Below are positions 43,689 to 53,771 of a stretch of 64,000 nucleotides of DNA, in pieces (the stretch's first letter is position 1; each line of letters begins with the position of its first letter). The position numbers were made by a program, and so were the translations under genes. The notes under the pieces were generated by a model that worked only from the letters and a program-made list of their open reading frames with translations, was not told the DNA's origin and made no database searches. Source of the stretch: an uncultured Chloroflexia bacterium (GTDB lineage Bacteria; Chloroflexota; Anaerolineae; CG2-30-64-16); assembly GCA_963774265.1 (NCBI GenBank), contig CAVZDU010000001.1, forward strand, positions 736,001 through 800,000, in the 5' to 3' direction.

Positions 43689-44783
43689 CCGACAACCTTC
43701 AATCTCAGACCTTCAACCTGCACTGCCCCATCCCGATCAGCGACTACCCGACCGTCACGCTGGCGCACGGCGGCGGCGGGCGGCTTGACGCAGATGCTGA
43801 TCGAGCGCATGTTTCGTGCCGGCCTTCCGCAACGCGACCTGGAGGTGCTGCACGACGGCGCGGTCTTGGATTTGCCTGCCCCGCCCGCCTCCCTGCAGGG
43901 GCGGGGTCGCGTCTGGCCTTCTCCACCGACTCGTTCGTCGTCAGCCCGCTCTTCTTCCCCGGCGGCGACATCGGCTCGCTGGCGGTGCACGGCACGGTCA
44001 ACGACCTGGCCATGTGCGGCGCGCGCCCGCTGGCGCTCTCGGCCGGGTTCATCCTGGAAGAAGGCCTGCCGATGGACGAGCTGTGGCGCATCGTCCGCTC
44101 GCTGAGCCGGCTGCGGCGCAGGCCGTGGGCGTGCCGATCGTCACCGGCGACACGAAGGTGGTCGACCGGGGCAAGGGGGACGGCGTCTTCATCAACACGG
44201 CGGGCATCGGCGTGATCCCGCCGGGCGTCGACATCTCGCCGCGCGCGCGTGCGCCCGGCGACGTGGTGCTGATCAACGGCGCGATCGCCGCGCATGGCAT
44301 CGCCATCATGTCGGTGCGCGAAGGGCTGGAGTTCGAGACGGCATTGCGAGAGCGACTCGGCGCCGCTGCACGACCTGGTGGCCGGCGTTCTGGCCGCGGC
44401 CGGCGAGCAGGTGCACGTGCTGCGCGATCCCACGCGCGGCGGCGTGTCCAGCACGCTCAACGAGATCGCCGGCCAGGCGCAGGTCGGCATCCGCCTGAAC
44501 GAAGCCAGCATCCCGATCGGCGACGCAGGTGCGCGGCGCCTGCGAGATCCTGGGGCTCGATCCGCTCTACGTGGCGAACGAGGGCAAGTGCCTGGTGATC
44601 GTGGCGCGCGAGGCGGCCGAGGCGGTGCTGGCGGCCATGCGCGCCCATCCCTTGGGCCGCGAGGCGGCGATCATCGGCGAGGTGGTGGCCGATCACCCGC
44701 GCAAGGTGATCCTGCGCAGCCGCATCGGCGGCCTGCGCGTCGTCGACATGCTCAGCGGCGAGCAGTTGCCGCGCATTTGCTGA
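43685..44783 (+). CDS. hypE: HypE (frameshifts)
   Basis: [51 protein letters not shown]-terminal GEQLPRIC. Confidence 0.95.
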
Positions 44784-44924
44784 AAGAATCTTGATGGCGG
44801 CCAATTACAGTGTTGCCAACTGCAGCAGGGTGATACTCAACTACTCATTGCCGGAGACGCAACCAACAACCCGGGGATTGGTGCCTAGCACCCGGCTGCG
44901 CGTTCGCGCGAATGCAGGCGCACA

Positions 44925-45563
44925 TCACGCCTCTCCAATTGCCTCGCGGTCCAACTGATCGAAGAACTGGCGCATGAACGCGCGGCGGTCTTGGGCGATC
45001 GACCTGGCCGTCGTGGTGTATAGTCGTTCGGGGATGCGGTCGAGCTTGTAGACGAACTCGTGCACGGGGGTATAGCCTTCGCCCAGCTCGGCGGGCGCTT
45101 TGGCTGCATCGCCGCCCTGTCCCGCGATCTCGCGCCACGGCCCCCGCCAGAGCGCCGTGCCCGCCGCGCCCGCGTAGGCGAACGCCCGCGCGACGCCGAT
45201 CGCGCCGATGGCGTCGAGCTTGTCGGCATCGGACAGCACTTGCGCCTCGAGCGTGCGGGGCGCGGCGCGTGCGCGGAAGCGGTGCGCCTCGATGGCGTGC
45301 GCCACCGCGTCGACGAACGCCGCCGGCTGGTCCGCGAGGATGTCACGCGCCCGCTGTGCACCCAGCAGGTGATGGCGTTCCCGGTCCTACGTTCTCGCCA
45401 CATCGTGCAGCAGCGCGGCGGTGCGGACGATGGCGAGGTCCGCGCCCTCGGCCTGCGCGATGCGCTCCGCCAGCGCCGTCACCCGCAGCACGTGATCGAA
45501 GTCGTGCCCGCCGCCGCCCGCCTCGTACAACGCGCGCGCGGTGTCAATATCTATAGTCGTCAT
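44925..45563 (-). CDS. HD-domain metal-dependent phosphohydrolase (YedJ-like), frameshifted
   Basis: [41 protein letters not shown]. Confidence 0.85.
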
Positions 45564-45599
45564 GAAACACCTAATAATCCGGCACTCTGAGTCGTGAGT

Positions 45600-46572
45600 C
45601 TATTGTCCGGCCGCGGCAGGCGGCTCGCCGTTTCCCAGGAGCCAGAGAACGCCGCCGGGCAGGCTGCCGAGAAGCATGACGGCCTGCATCAGCAGCGACA
45701 CGGCGAGCGCATGATCTGCGGGCACGCCGGCCAGGCCGAAGAAGAACGGGTAAGCCGTCTGGTTGACGCCGATGCCGCCGATGGATATCGGGACCATCAG
45801 CACGAGCGCGATCAGCGGGTTGAAGAGGAAGATGGCTGGCAGCGACATCAGGCCGCCCATCGACTGCGAAAGCACCAGTTGACGAAGGTCGTGCAGGCGA
45901 TGCCGACCAGCGCGACGCCGAAGGCAGCGCCAGCGGCCAGTAGCGGAAGCGATAGGCGTTGAACGCCTCGGAGATGCGCCCCAGAGCGGCGCCAGCGGCG
46001 CCAGCAAGCGCCAGCTGGAAGATGCGAGCTATCAGCATCGCGCAACCGCCGGCTGAGCAGCACGCCGAAGCCGAGCGCCAGCACTGCCAGCGCAACAATG
46101 GCGACCCACTCCACCTGTTGCAGGTCAGCATGTCCGGTGAAGTTCACCGCGACGATGGCGGCGACGACGGCGGTGCTCATGTAGGCCATCAGACCGATCG
46201 ATGCGATCCACGATGACGGAGACGGCTGCGTCTGCGGTGCGGTCGGTGTAGCGCGCCAGGCCGTAGCCGCGCATCACGTCGCCGCCGACGTTGGCCGGCA
46301 GGAAGTTGTTGAAGAAGAAGCCGACGAAGAGGAACCGGCAGCACCGCGCCGAACGGCACGTGCACGCCCTGGGCGCGCGAGCAGCACCTGCCACTTGACG
46401 CCGTTGACGGTGATGGCCAACATGTAGAGCGGCCAGCGCCAGCAGGAACGTACAGCGGTCGGGCCGGCGAGCTGGGCGGCCACCCGGCGCAAATCAACCC
46501 GGCAGAAGGCCGAGCGACGATCAGGCCGAGGCTGATGACGATCTTGAGGAGGGTGAGCAGTTTATCGCGCAC
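45600..46572 (-). CDS. UPF0104/LPG-synthase-TM flippase-like membrane protein (frameshifts)
   Basis: LKIVISLGLI, FFNNFLPANVGGDVMR, VDR, PISIGGIGV. Confidence 0.82.
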
Positions 46573-47538
46573 GGGGGCTCCGCCACCGCCGTACGGCGCG
46601 CACATCGTCGGTGGCCTCGGTTTGCGCCCGCTCGGCCTCCACGTCGGCCTTCTGCGACCAGGCCATGTCCCACACGACGTGCCGGTCCTTCTTGATGGCG
46701 AAGTCGTACCAGCCCGAGGAGTCGGGCCCAGGCCTCCAGCACGGCCAGCAGGAACAGCGTCCACACCAGCCGGATCGCGCCCCAGATCTCCTTGAGGGCC
46801 ACCTTGGCCACGCGGGTGTTCTGGATGCTGGAGACCGCGTAGCCGTACTTGGACTTCAGGTAGAGATGGCCGGCGTGGTTGCGCCGCCGCTGGCGCACGA
46901 AGTCCTTGATCGTGTCCGGCCCGGTGTTGTAGACGACGGCATCGGGCGCGTAGCGCACCTGCATGCCGCGCTGGACGACCAGCGCCTCGACGAACGCCTC
47001 GTCCATCGCCACGTCGGGCGGGATGCGGTCGAACACCTTGCGGAAGGCGATCATCTCGCCCAGCCGCGGGATCTCCAGGCACAGCTGGTGCTCCAGCCGC
47101 AGCCGCAGGTGCGTGAACAGGCCCGACCAGGTGATCGGGCGTGTTGACGGGGATCTTGTGCGCGCCGGTCATGCCGACGGTCGGATCGGCGAACATGCGC
47201 ACCAGGTGCTCGACCGCGTCTTCGTGCGGCAGCGTGTCGCCGCTCTCCAGCACGCAGATGTCTTCCCTGGCGTTGCCCAGGAAGATATTGATGGCCGCGG
47301 TCTTGCCCTCGCGCTTCGGTTGGATGAAGAGCTTGATGCGTGGATCGCGCGCGACGAACGATTCGACGATCGGGACGGTGTTGTCGGTGCAGCCGCTGGC
47401 GACGACGATGATCTCGCTGATCTCGACGTCGCGTAGATGTTGGGTCAGCAGCGCATCCAGCAGCCGGCCGATGTTGGCCTCTTCGTTGTAGGCCGTGACG
47501 CCGACGCTGCAGCGCAACTGGGGCTGAATTTGATCCAA
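46562..47538 (-). CDS. Glycosyltransferase family 2 (frameshifts; end approximate)
   Basis: AYNEEANI, ASGCTDNT, GKTAAIN, GEMIAFR, DEA, RQRRRNHAGH (QxxRW-like). Confidence 0.85.
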
Positions 47539-47606
47539 CAGTTCCTCCGGGGATGCTGATATTGCGATTATACCAGCATCCCATCGCGCGCGCTAATGGC
47601 GCCGCT

Positions 47607-48742
47607 CTAGCAGCGGGCGATCTCGATACCCTGGCCGACGACATGCGTTGGGGTGCGGTGGAGCGGCAGATAGCCTTGGGCGGCAAGCGGGGGCAAGGGC
47701 GAAGTGGCTTCGTCGGGCTTGTCGGACAGGGCTACCATCAGGCAGCCGCGCTCTTTGAGCCATTGACATGCCTCCAGGACCTCGCGCGTGATGCAGATCT
47801 CCTCGACGAGCCGTTGGCCCAGGGGCGTGCCCTCCGGCAGGTGGCCCATGCGTTCGACGGTCTCCTGGAATTCCCGGCGCCGGAATGCCTTGAAGGGCGT
47901 CAGGTCGCCGGCAATGCGTACGCGCATAGATGTCATCGTGCAGGGCCCGTACCTCCGGCGTCAGTTCAGACCGCATGCCGTCGATGTGTGCCATGAACTG
48001 ACGGAAGTCGGTCAACTCCAGGGCATCGATCTGGGAGAGCACGGTCTCCAGATCGACAACGCCTGCGCTGAGCATCAGGCAGATGTAGGCGACGTTGTCC
48101 TGGTTATCAGCCGTGAACGAATGATACCTCGGAGCGTTGAGCACTGCGTATACCTGCAGGAACTCGTCGTGCTTGAACACAGATCCGACGGCCTCACTCA
48201 AAGTCGCGTCGATGGCCGCGAGGCGCGCCCGGTCGATGGATTTGTCGTTGCGGCCCCGGGCGCCCAGAGCGGTCTTGTCGATGTCGACGATCGCGACGGT
48301 GCGCCGGTCAATGCTGGCGCCCTCGGCTTGCGCCCGTTCCAGGAAATCGGCCAGAGCCGTCCACCGATTCGCCTGGTAAAGCCCGTCCTGTCCGGTGATT
48401 TGCAGCGTCTGATCTCTTTCGGACCCGATGAAGCACCATCCAGGCCAACCGGTGAGTGTGCGTAGATTCTGGAAAGCGCCGCCGTCGTTCAGGAGCGTAT
48501 CGCCAAAATAGAGGATCTCGCTCGAGCGCGGGTCTGCCCGGATCTACGGTCGTCTGGGCTTGCACCAACAGCCATGCCAATGCCTGCGCGTAGGCCATGT
48601 CCAGTTTGCGCGGCGGGATTCGTCCCTCCATGCCCATTTCATGCCATGCCTCGCCGTAGCGGGGCAACCGCGTATCCATCGCGTTCAGATCCCGATAGAT
48701 CACCAGATCGCCGAAGACATCGGATAACGCACATAGTTCCAT
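47607..48742 (-). CDS. Uncharacterised HAD-like protein with apparently permuted motif order (two frameshifts)
   Basis: Reconstructed from three frames: PPRKLD ... ILYFGDTLLNDG ... AIVDIDKT ... DNQD ... VALSDKPDEA; its ATG lies 1 nt after the asd stop. Confidence 0.65.
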
Positions 48743-48743
48743 A

Positions 48744-49831
48744 TTAGAGCCAACCTTGTGCGAATAATAGTTCCGCGTTCAGCAACGCGCCACCGGCCGC
48801 GCCCCGGATCGTATTGTGTCCCAGCACCAGGAACTTGTAATCAAACAGCGGGTCGGCGCGCAGCCGGCCCACGCTCGTCGCCATGCCCTTGCCTGCCAGC
48901 CGGTCGAGCCGCGGCTGCGGCCGGTCGGGTGCGGTGTGCAGGATGATCGCCGGGTCAGGTGCGGAAGGCAGCCCCAGGCGTTGGGGTTCTCCCCGATAGG
49001 ACGTGAACGCCTCGGCCATCTCTTCCAGCGTTGCGGTTTGTCGCAGCTTCACGCTGACGGCCTCCAGGTGTCCGTTGCGGACTGCAACCCGGTTGCCTGC
49101 GCGCTGATGATGAGATCGGCCCAATGGATGCTCTCGCCTTCCAGCACACCCAAGAGCTTGCGCGGCTCAGTCTCGATCTTCTCCTCCTCGCCGCCGATGT
49201 AGGGCATCACGTTGTCGAGGATGTCCATGGACGGAACGCCGGGATAACCCGCGCCCGAAAGGGCCTGCATGGTCACAACGTTTACGGCGGCCAGTCCGAA
49301 CGCGTCGTGCAGCGGCTTGAGCGCACACACCAGATGCGTGCTGGAGCAGTTCGGGTTGGTGACGATGAAGCCAACCTGTTTACCCGACGCGCGCCGCCGG
49401 CGTTGCTGGCCCCGGATCAACGCGGTGTGTTCCGGGTTGACGTCTGGAATCAGCAGCGGCACATCGAGATCCATGCGATGCGCGGATGCGTTGGAGCAGA
49501 CCGCAAAACCCGCGTCGGCCAGTTCCTCTTCCAGCACGCCCGCGGCGTCGCCCGGGATGGCCGAAAACAACAGTCGTATGTCTCGGTCGATGGCGCCGGG
49601 TCCGGTGGGGGTGACGACTCTATCGGCCACCGCATCCGGCATGCCTCCGCGGAGCAGCCATTTGGTCGCCTCGCGATATGACTTACCCACCGAGCGGTCG
49701 GATGCAGTCAGAGCAGCGATCTCGAACCAGGGATGGTCCGCCAACAGGTGGACGAAGCGCTGGCCGACCGCGCCGGTCGCGCCCAGCACGCCCACCTTGA
49801 TCTTGTCTTGAGGCGGTGTAACACCGTTCAT
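48744..49831 (-). CDS. asd: Aspartate-semialdehyde dehydrogenase (archaeal/fungal-type), frameshift near 49095
   Basis: GATGAVGQRF, SNASAHRM, TNPNCS, MQALSGAGYPG, EEKIETE, PQPRLDR, HNTIRGAAG. Confidence 0.95.
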
Positions 49832-49832
49832 T

Positions 49833-50912
49833 TCATCCCTCCCCGTATTGTGCGAGCGCGACGATGTCGGCGTGTACGCCTGCCGCGGCGGCCTCGACGC
49901 CCGCGCCCCGGCCTTGCAGCACGAGCGGGGTGTCGGGGTAGTAGCGCGTCTGGAATGCAACCAGGTTATCGTTTCCTTTGAGTTGCCCTAACGCCGAGTC
50001 GGCCGGCACGGCCCGCATGCCTACCGCAGCGCGGCCATCTTCGATCTCCGCAACATAGCGCAATACCTGCCCTTGCGCAGCGGCCGCGGCGACCTGGGTC
50101 GCGAAGCCGGCATCCAATTCGGGCAGGCGAGCCAGGCAGTCGGCCAGGGAGAGATCTACGTAGTCGGCTGGCAGCAGCCCGGCTACTTGCACGGCGCTCA
50201 ACTCCAGATTCCACCCCAAGGTGCGCGCCAGGATCAGTGCTTTGCGGGCCACATCCATGCCGCCCAGGTCGATGCGCGGGTCCGGCTCGGTGTAGCCGCG
50301 CTGCATGGCCTCGGCCACCAGGCTGGAGAAGGGTTGGCCCGCCTGCAACCCGGTGCACAAGAATCCCAATGTGCCGCTTAGCGCGCCCTGCACCGCATCG
50401 ACCCGGTCGGCGGCACGCATCAGGCCGAGCGTGGCCTCGATCACGGGAACGGCCGAGCCGACGGTGGTTTCGTAGCGGAACCGTTTGCTGGCGGTTAAGC
50501 CATCAAACACTGCCTGCGGCCCGACCAGCGGTATCTTGTTCGCCGTGGCCACGCGGTAACCGCTCTGCAGCGCAAACTCGAGCGCCGGCACTGTCGCGTG
50601 TGATGCGGTCACATCGGCCACAATGCAGTCTCTCATGCCGGCGACCTCCACGATGGCGCTAAGATCTGGCTCATAGGTAGGCTGGCTCAGGGGGAAAGGC
50701 GCGCCGGCAGCCTTGGCGTCTGCAATCGCCTGCAAATCTTGGTCGCTGAGGCCGCCTGCATCCGCAGCCGCGCCGTCGATATCGCACCAGGCGACGATTC
50801 GAAATGCAAGACCGTCGCGTTCGGTGTGGAGCTGCCGCGCTTCGGTCAGTTGTCGCACCAGCGCCCGCCCCACCTTGCCGGCGCCGAAGATGATGAGTGG
50901 AACTCGTTTCAT
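49833..50912 (-). CDS. hom: Homoserine dehydrogenase (ThrA C-domain-like)
   Basis: GAGKVG, TANKIP, YETTVGSAVP, SGTLGF, GYTEPDPRIDLGGMDVARKALILAR, GRGAG. Confidence 0.92.
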   Translation of the reverse strand: MKRVPLIIFGAGKVGRALVRQLTEARQLHTERDGLAFRIVAWCDIDGAAADAGGLSDQDLQAIADAKAAGAPFPLSQPTYEPDLSAIVEVAGMRDCIVADVTASHATVPALEFALQSGYRVATANKIPLVGPQAVFDGLTASKRFRYETTVGSAVPVIEATLGLMRAADRVDAVQGALSGTLGFLCTGLQAGQPFSSLVAEAMQRGYTEPDPRIDLGGMDVARKALILARTLGWNLELSAVQVAGLLPADYVDLSLADCLARLPELDAGFATQVAAAAAQGQVLRYVAEIEDGRAAVGMRAVPADSALGQLKGNDNLVAFQTRYYPDTPLVLQGRGAGVEAAAAGVHADIVALAQYGEG

Positions 50913-52319
50913 GCTTCACCCAACCCAAATGCACTGTGAATGTACCGGATGCCTGCATCCGCATCGGCCGCGCCGAGCACCAGCGAGATGTTCGTCTCAG
51001 AGGACCCCTGGGCGACTGCGATGACGTTAACGCTGTTTTCACCGAGCGCAGAGAACAGGCGAGCTGCAATGCCCGGCGTGCCCCGCATTCCTTCGCCCAC
51101 CACCGCCACGATGACCACGTCAGGCTCGATGCTCACGCGATCGATCAACCGGCGCTTAATCTCTTCTCCGAACGATCCCTCCAACGCCGCGCCCACCGGC
51201 TGCGCGTCGGATTCGGGCACGACGAAGCAGATGCTCTGCTCGGAGGAGGCCTGCGAGATCATCAGCACACTTGCCCCGCGCTGAGCAACTGTTGCGAAAG
51301 TGCGGGCCGCGATGCCGGGCACGCCCATCATGCCGCGCCCTGCCACGGTGACCAGTGCCAGTCCGCGGATCACGGTCAGCGCCTTGACCGTGCCGCCGTT
51401 GGACGACTTCGGAACGACGCGCGTGCCGGGGAAAGCCGGGTTGAAGGTGTTGCGCACACTGATCGGGATGCCGCGATCGATGGCCGGCAGCATGGTCTTC
51501 GGGTGCAGCACTTTCGCGCCGAAGTAAGCCAGCTCCGCGGCCTCACTGTAGGTCAGCTCGGGCAGCGGTCGCGCGCCCTTGACGATGCGGGGGTCGGCCG
51601 TCAGCACGCCGTCTACATCCGTCCAGATCTGGATTTCGTCCGCATCCAAAGCGGCGCCGAGGATCGCAGCCGAATAGTCCGAGCCGCCCCGGCCCAGGAC
51701 GGTGGGGACGCCCTCGGGGGTGGCCGCAACGAAGCCGGTGACCACTGGCATGACGCCCTTTTCGAGCAGCGGCAGCAACCGGCCGCGCGTCGCGGTGCGG
51801 GTCGCCGCCATGTCGGGCGCAGCCGAGGCGTAGTTGTCGTCGGTGACGATTAATTCGCCGGCATCGACTAACTCGGTCTCGACGCCGCGTGCCGCGCATG
51901 GCCGCGGCCAGGATGGGAGCCATCAGGCGTTCGCCCAGCCCGGAGATGACCGCCAGCCCGCGGTCGGTCAACTCGCCGAGGATCGCGACCGCCATGCAGA
52001 GTCGCTCGAACTCGCGCACCCGCTCGTCCGTCTGTGCCTGGATCGCGGCCAGATCGTCCAGGTCATCGACCAGCGCTTCGGCCGCGTCCCGGTGCCGCGC
52101 GATGAGCGTCAGGCGCGCGTCGCGATAAGCCTGCCGGTCGCCCCTGGCTGCGGCGTTGGCCGAGTCGATCAGAAGGTCGGTGACGCCGCGCATGGCCGAG
52201 GTGACGACCACGATCTGGCGGTCGGTGCGCAACTGGTCGGAAACGATGGACGCGACCTGGGAAATCGCCTTGGCGTCGTTGACGGAGGTGCCGCCAAACT
52301 TCAGAACTTGCATGATCAT
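50909..52319 (-). CDS. lysC: Aspartokinase with two ACT domains (frameshift near 51890)
   Basis: LKFGGTSV, VTSAMRGVTD, GERL, LGRGGSDYSA, WTDVDGVLTADP, FGAKVLHP, QASSE, QGSSE. Confidence 0.95.
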
Positions 52320-52367
52320 ACTCCTGCTGTGCATGCGGGTGCTGAGCAGATGCGGTGTGCTGAGCAC

Positions 52368-52685
52368 AAAAAAGCCCCTCGCCGTTGGGGCGAGGGGCTT
52401 CGCGGTTCCACCCAATATCAGCCATCCCGCCTTTGTGTGTAGAGACGTAGCATGCTACGTCTCTACACACAAAGGCGAGAAGACTATCTTTGTCGGCCGT
52501 AACGAGGCCAGGCGGAGCGCCATACACTCCCCGGTCGGCCCTGCATCATGAGGTGGCCGGCGGCCGGATTTGAGACGCTCACTCTCGGGGGGTTTTCAGC
52601 GGGCTGATGGCGGGGCAGGCTCACAGCCGATGACCTGCCTTCTCTGGCACCTAAGCGTCGCCTACTCGTCCCGATCAACGTTTTG
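52368..52685 (-). ncRNA. T-box riboswitch, Thr specifier (ACC)
   Basis: Stem I motifs AGTA, CAGAGA, GCTGTGA and GAAA-ACC (specifier 52593-52591); antiterminator TTGGG-TGGAACC-GCG...CGC-CCCAA; terminator AAGCCCCTCGCC-CCAAC-GGCGAGGGGCTT-TTTT upstream of lysC. Confidence 0.92.
52428..52477. repeat. Perfect 50-bp palindrome with a GTAGAGACG REP core, inside the T-box
   Basis: CGCCTTTGTGTGTAGAGACGTAGCA|TGCTACGTCTCTACACACAAAGGCG. Confidence 0.92.
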
Positions 52686-52704
52686 CGTATTTCAGGTGAC
52701 GCCG

Positions 52705-52732
52705 ATTATAACCGGTGGTTCGCATATGTCAA
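52705..52732 (-). promoter_or_regulatory. Consensus sigma70 promoter of the T-box/thr operon
   Basis: TTGACA-16 nt-TATAAT immediately upstream of T-box stem I. Confidence 0.88.
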
Positions 52733-52790
52733 ATTGCGTTTCAGTTGAGGGCTATATCACCGGCTCCACGAGCCGGCTGTTGCGCAGCAT

Positions 52791-53768
52791 TCAGGTCTTA
52801 ACGAGATTCACCCAGTAGTCGATCACCTCGAACCCGCGGCGGCGGAAGAGTGAAAATGCCTCAGGATTGTCTTTCGCGTGAACGTGCACCTCTACGGAAA
52901 GGTAACCCCGGTTCGTCATCTCCGCCAGGCCGCGGTCCAGCACGTAGGACCCGAAGCGTAGGCCGCGGTACTGCCGATCCAGGCCGATCCAGGCGAGCGC
53001 TGCGATCGTCGGGTCGGGCATGGGGTACCACACCACGCTGCCCACCGCGCGGGTGCCATCCGCCACGACCAATCCCTGGTACTTGCGTCCGCCGTTGTAG
53101 CCCCAGGCGCGCAGTTGATACACGGGCTCGTCGCCCTGCCAGGGTGAACGTTCATCGATCGGGACCAGGCGCAGATTGCGTGCTTCCAGGCCCGGATTCA
53201 CGGGCTGTTCCCGGCCATGTAACGATGCAGACATGGTGACATCGCCAGGACTGCTGACCTGGTACCCGCGCTTGCCCAGCCAGGCCACCAGTTCCTTATC
53301 GTTGACAGCGCTGATCGCCATGCTCTCGGTGGAGCCGTACCAGGGCGCCCACAACCGTTCCATGATGCCGTAGAAAGGCGCATTCTGGGCCGCAAAGTGA
53401 ATGGGACAGTAGTAGAGGTGGTTTTCCGCCGCGCTCAGCAGGCGGGAGCCGAGGCGAGCCTTTCGAAAATCGGGATCGACCGCAAGCCAGGCGATGTGAT
53501 GTCGGAGTTCGGCCGAACGAGTGGCCGGGACAATGGCCGGCGGCTTAATGGCATGAACTGCCCCGGCAACCCGATCTCCGTCTGTGGCCAGGATCAGGCC
53601 GCGGGCATCGAACTCGGGCCGCACCAACACACGTTCGGCGAATTCCGCTTCGGTAATGGGCGCGTAGTGGCGGTGTCCGGCAAAGGAGCAGTTTAGGAAG
53701 GCCGTCAGTGCGGGCAGATAGGGCGCGGTGAAGTGGCGCAGGACTACCGTCGGCGCTTCGCCCACCAT
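52791..53768 (-). CDS. Tandem-GNAT acetyltransferase
   Basis: Two acetyl-CoA motifs: AVDPDFRKARLGSRLL and GLDRQYRGLRFGSYVL...NPEAFSLFRRRGF. Confidence 0.8.
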   Translation of the reverse strand: MVGEAPTVVLRHFTAPYLPALTAFLNCSFAGHRHYAPITEAEFAERVLVRPEFDARGLILATDGDRVAGAVHAIKPPAIVPATRSAELRHHIAWLAVDPDFRKARLGSRLLSAAENHLYYCPIHFAAQNAPFYGIMERLWAPWYGSTESMAISAVNDKELVAWLGKRGYQVSSPGDVTMSASLHGREQPVNPGLEARNLRLVPIDERSPWQGDEPVYQLRAWGYNGGRKYQGLVVADGTRAVGSVVWYPMPDPTIAALAWIGLDRQYRGLRFGSYVLDRGLAEMTNRGYLSVEVHVHAKDNPEAFSLFRRRGFEVIDYWVNLVKT

Positions 53769-53771
53769 GTC

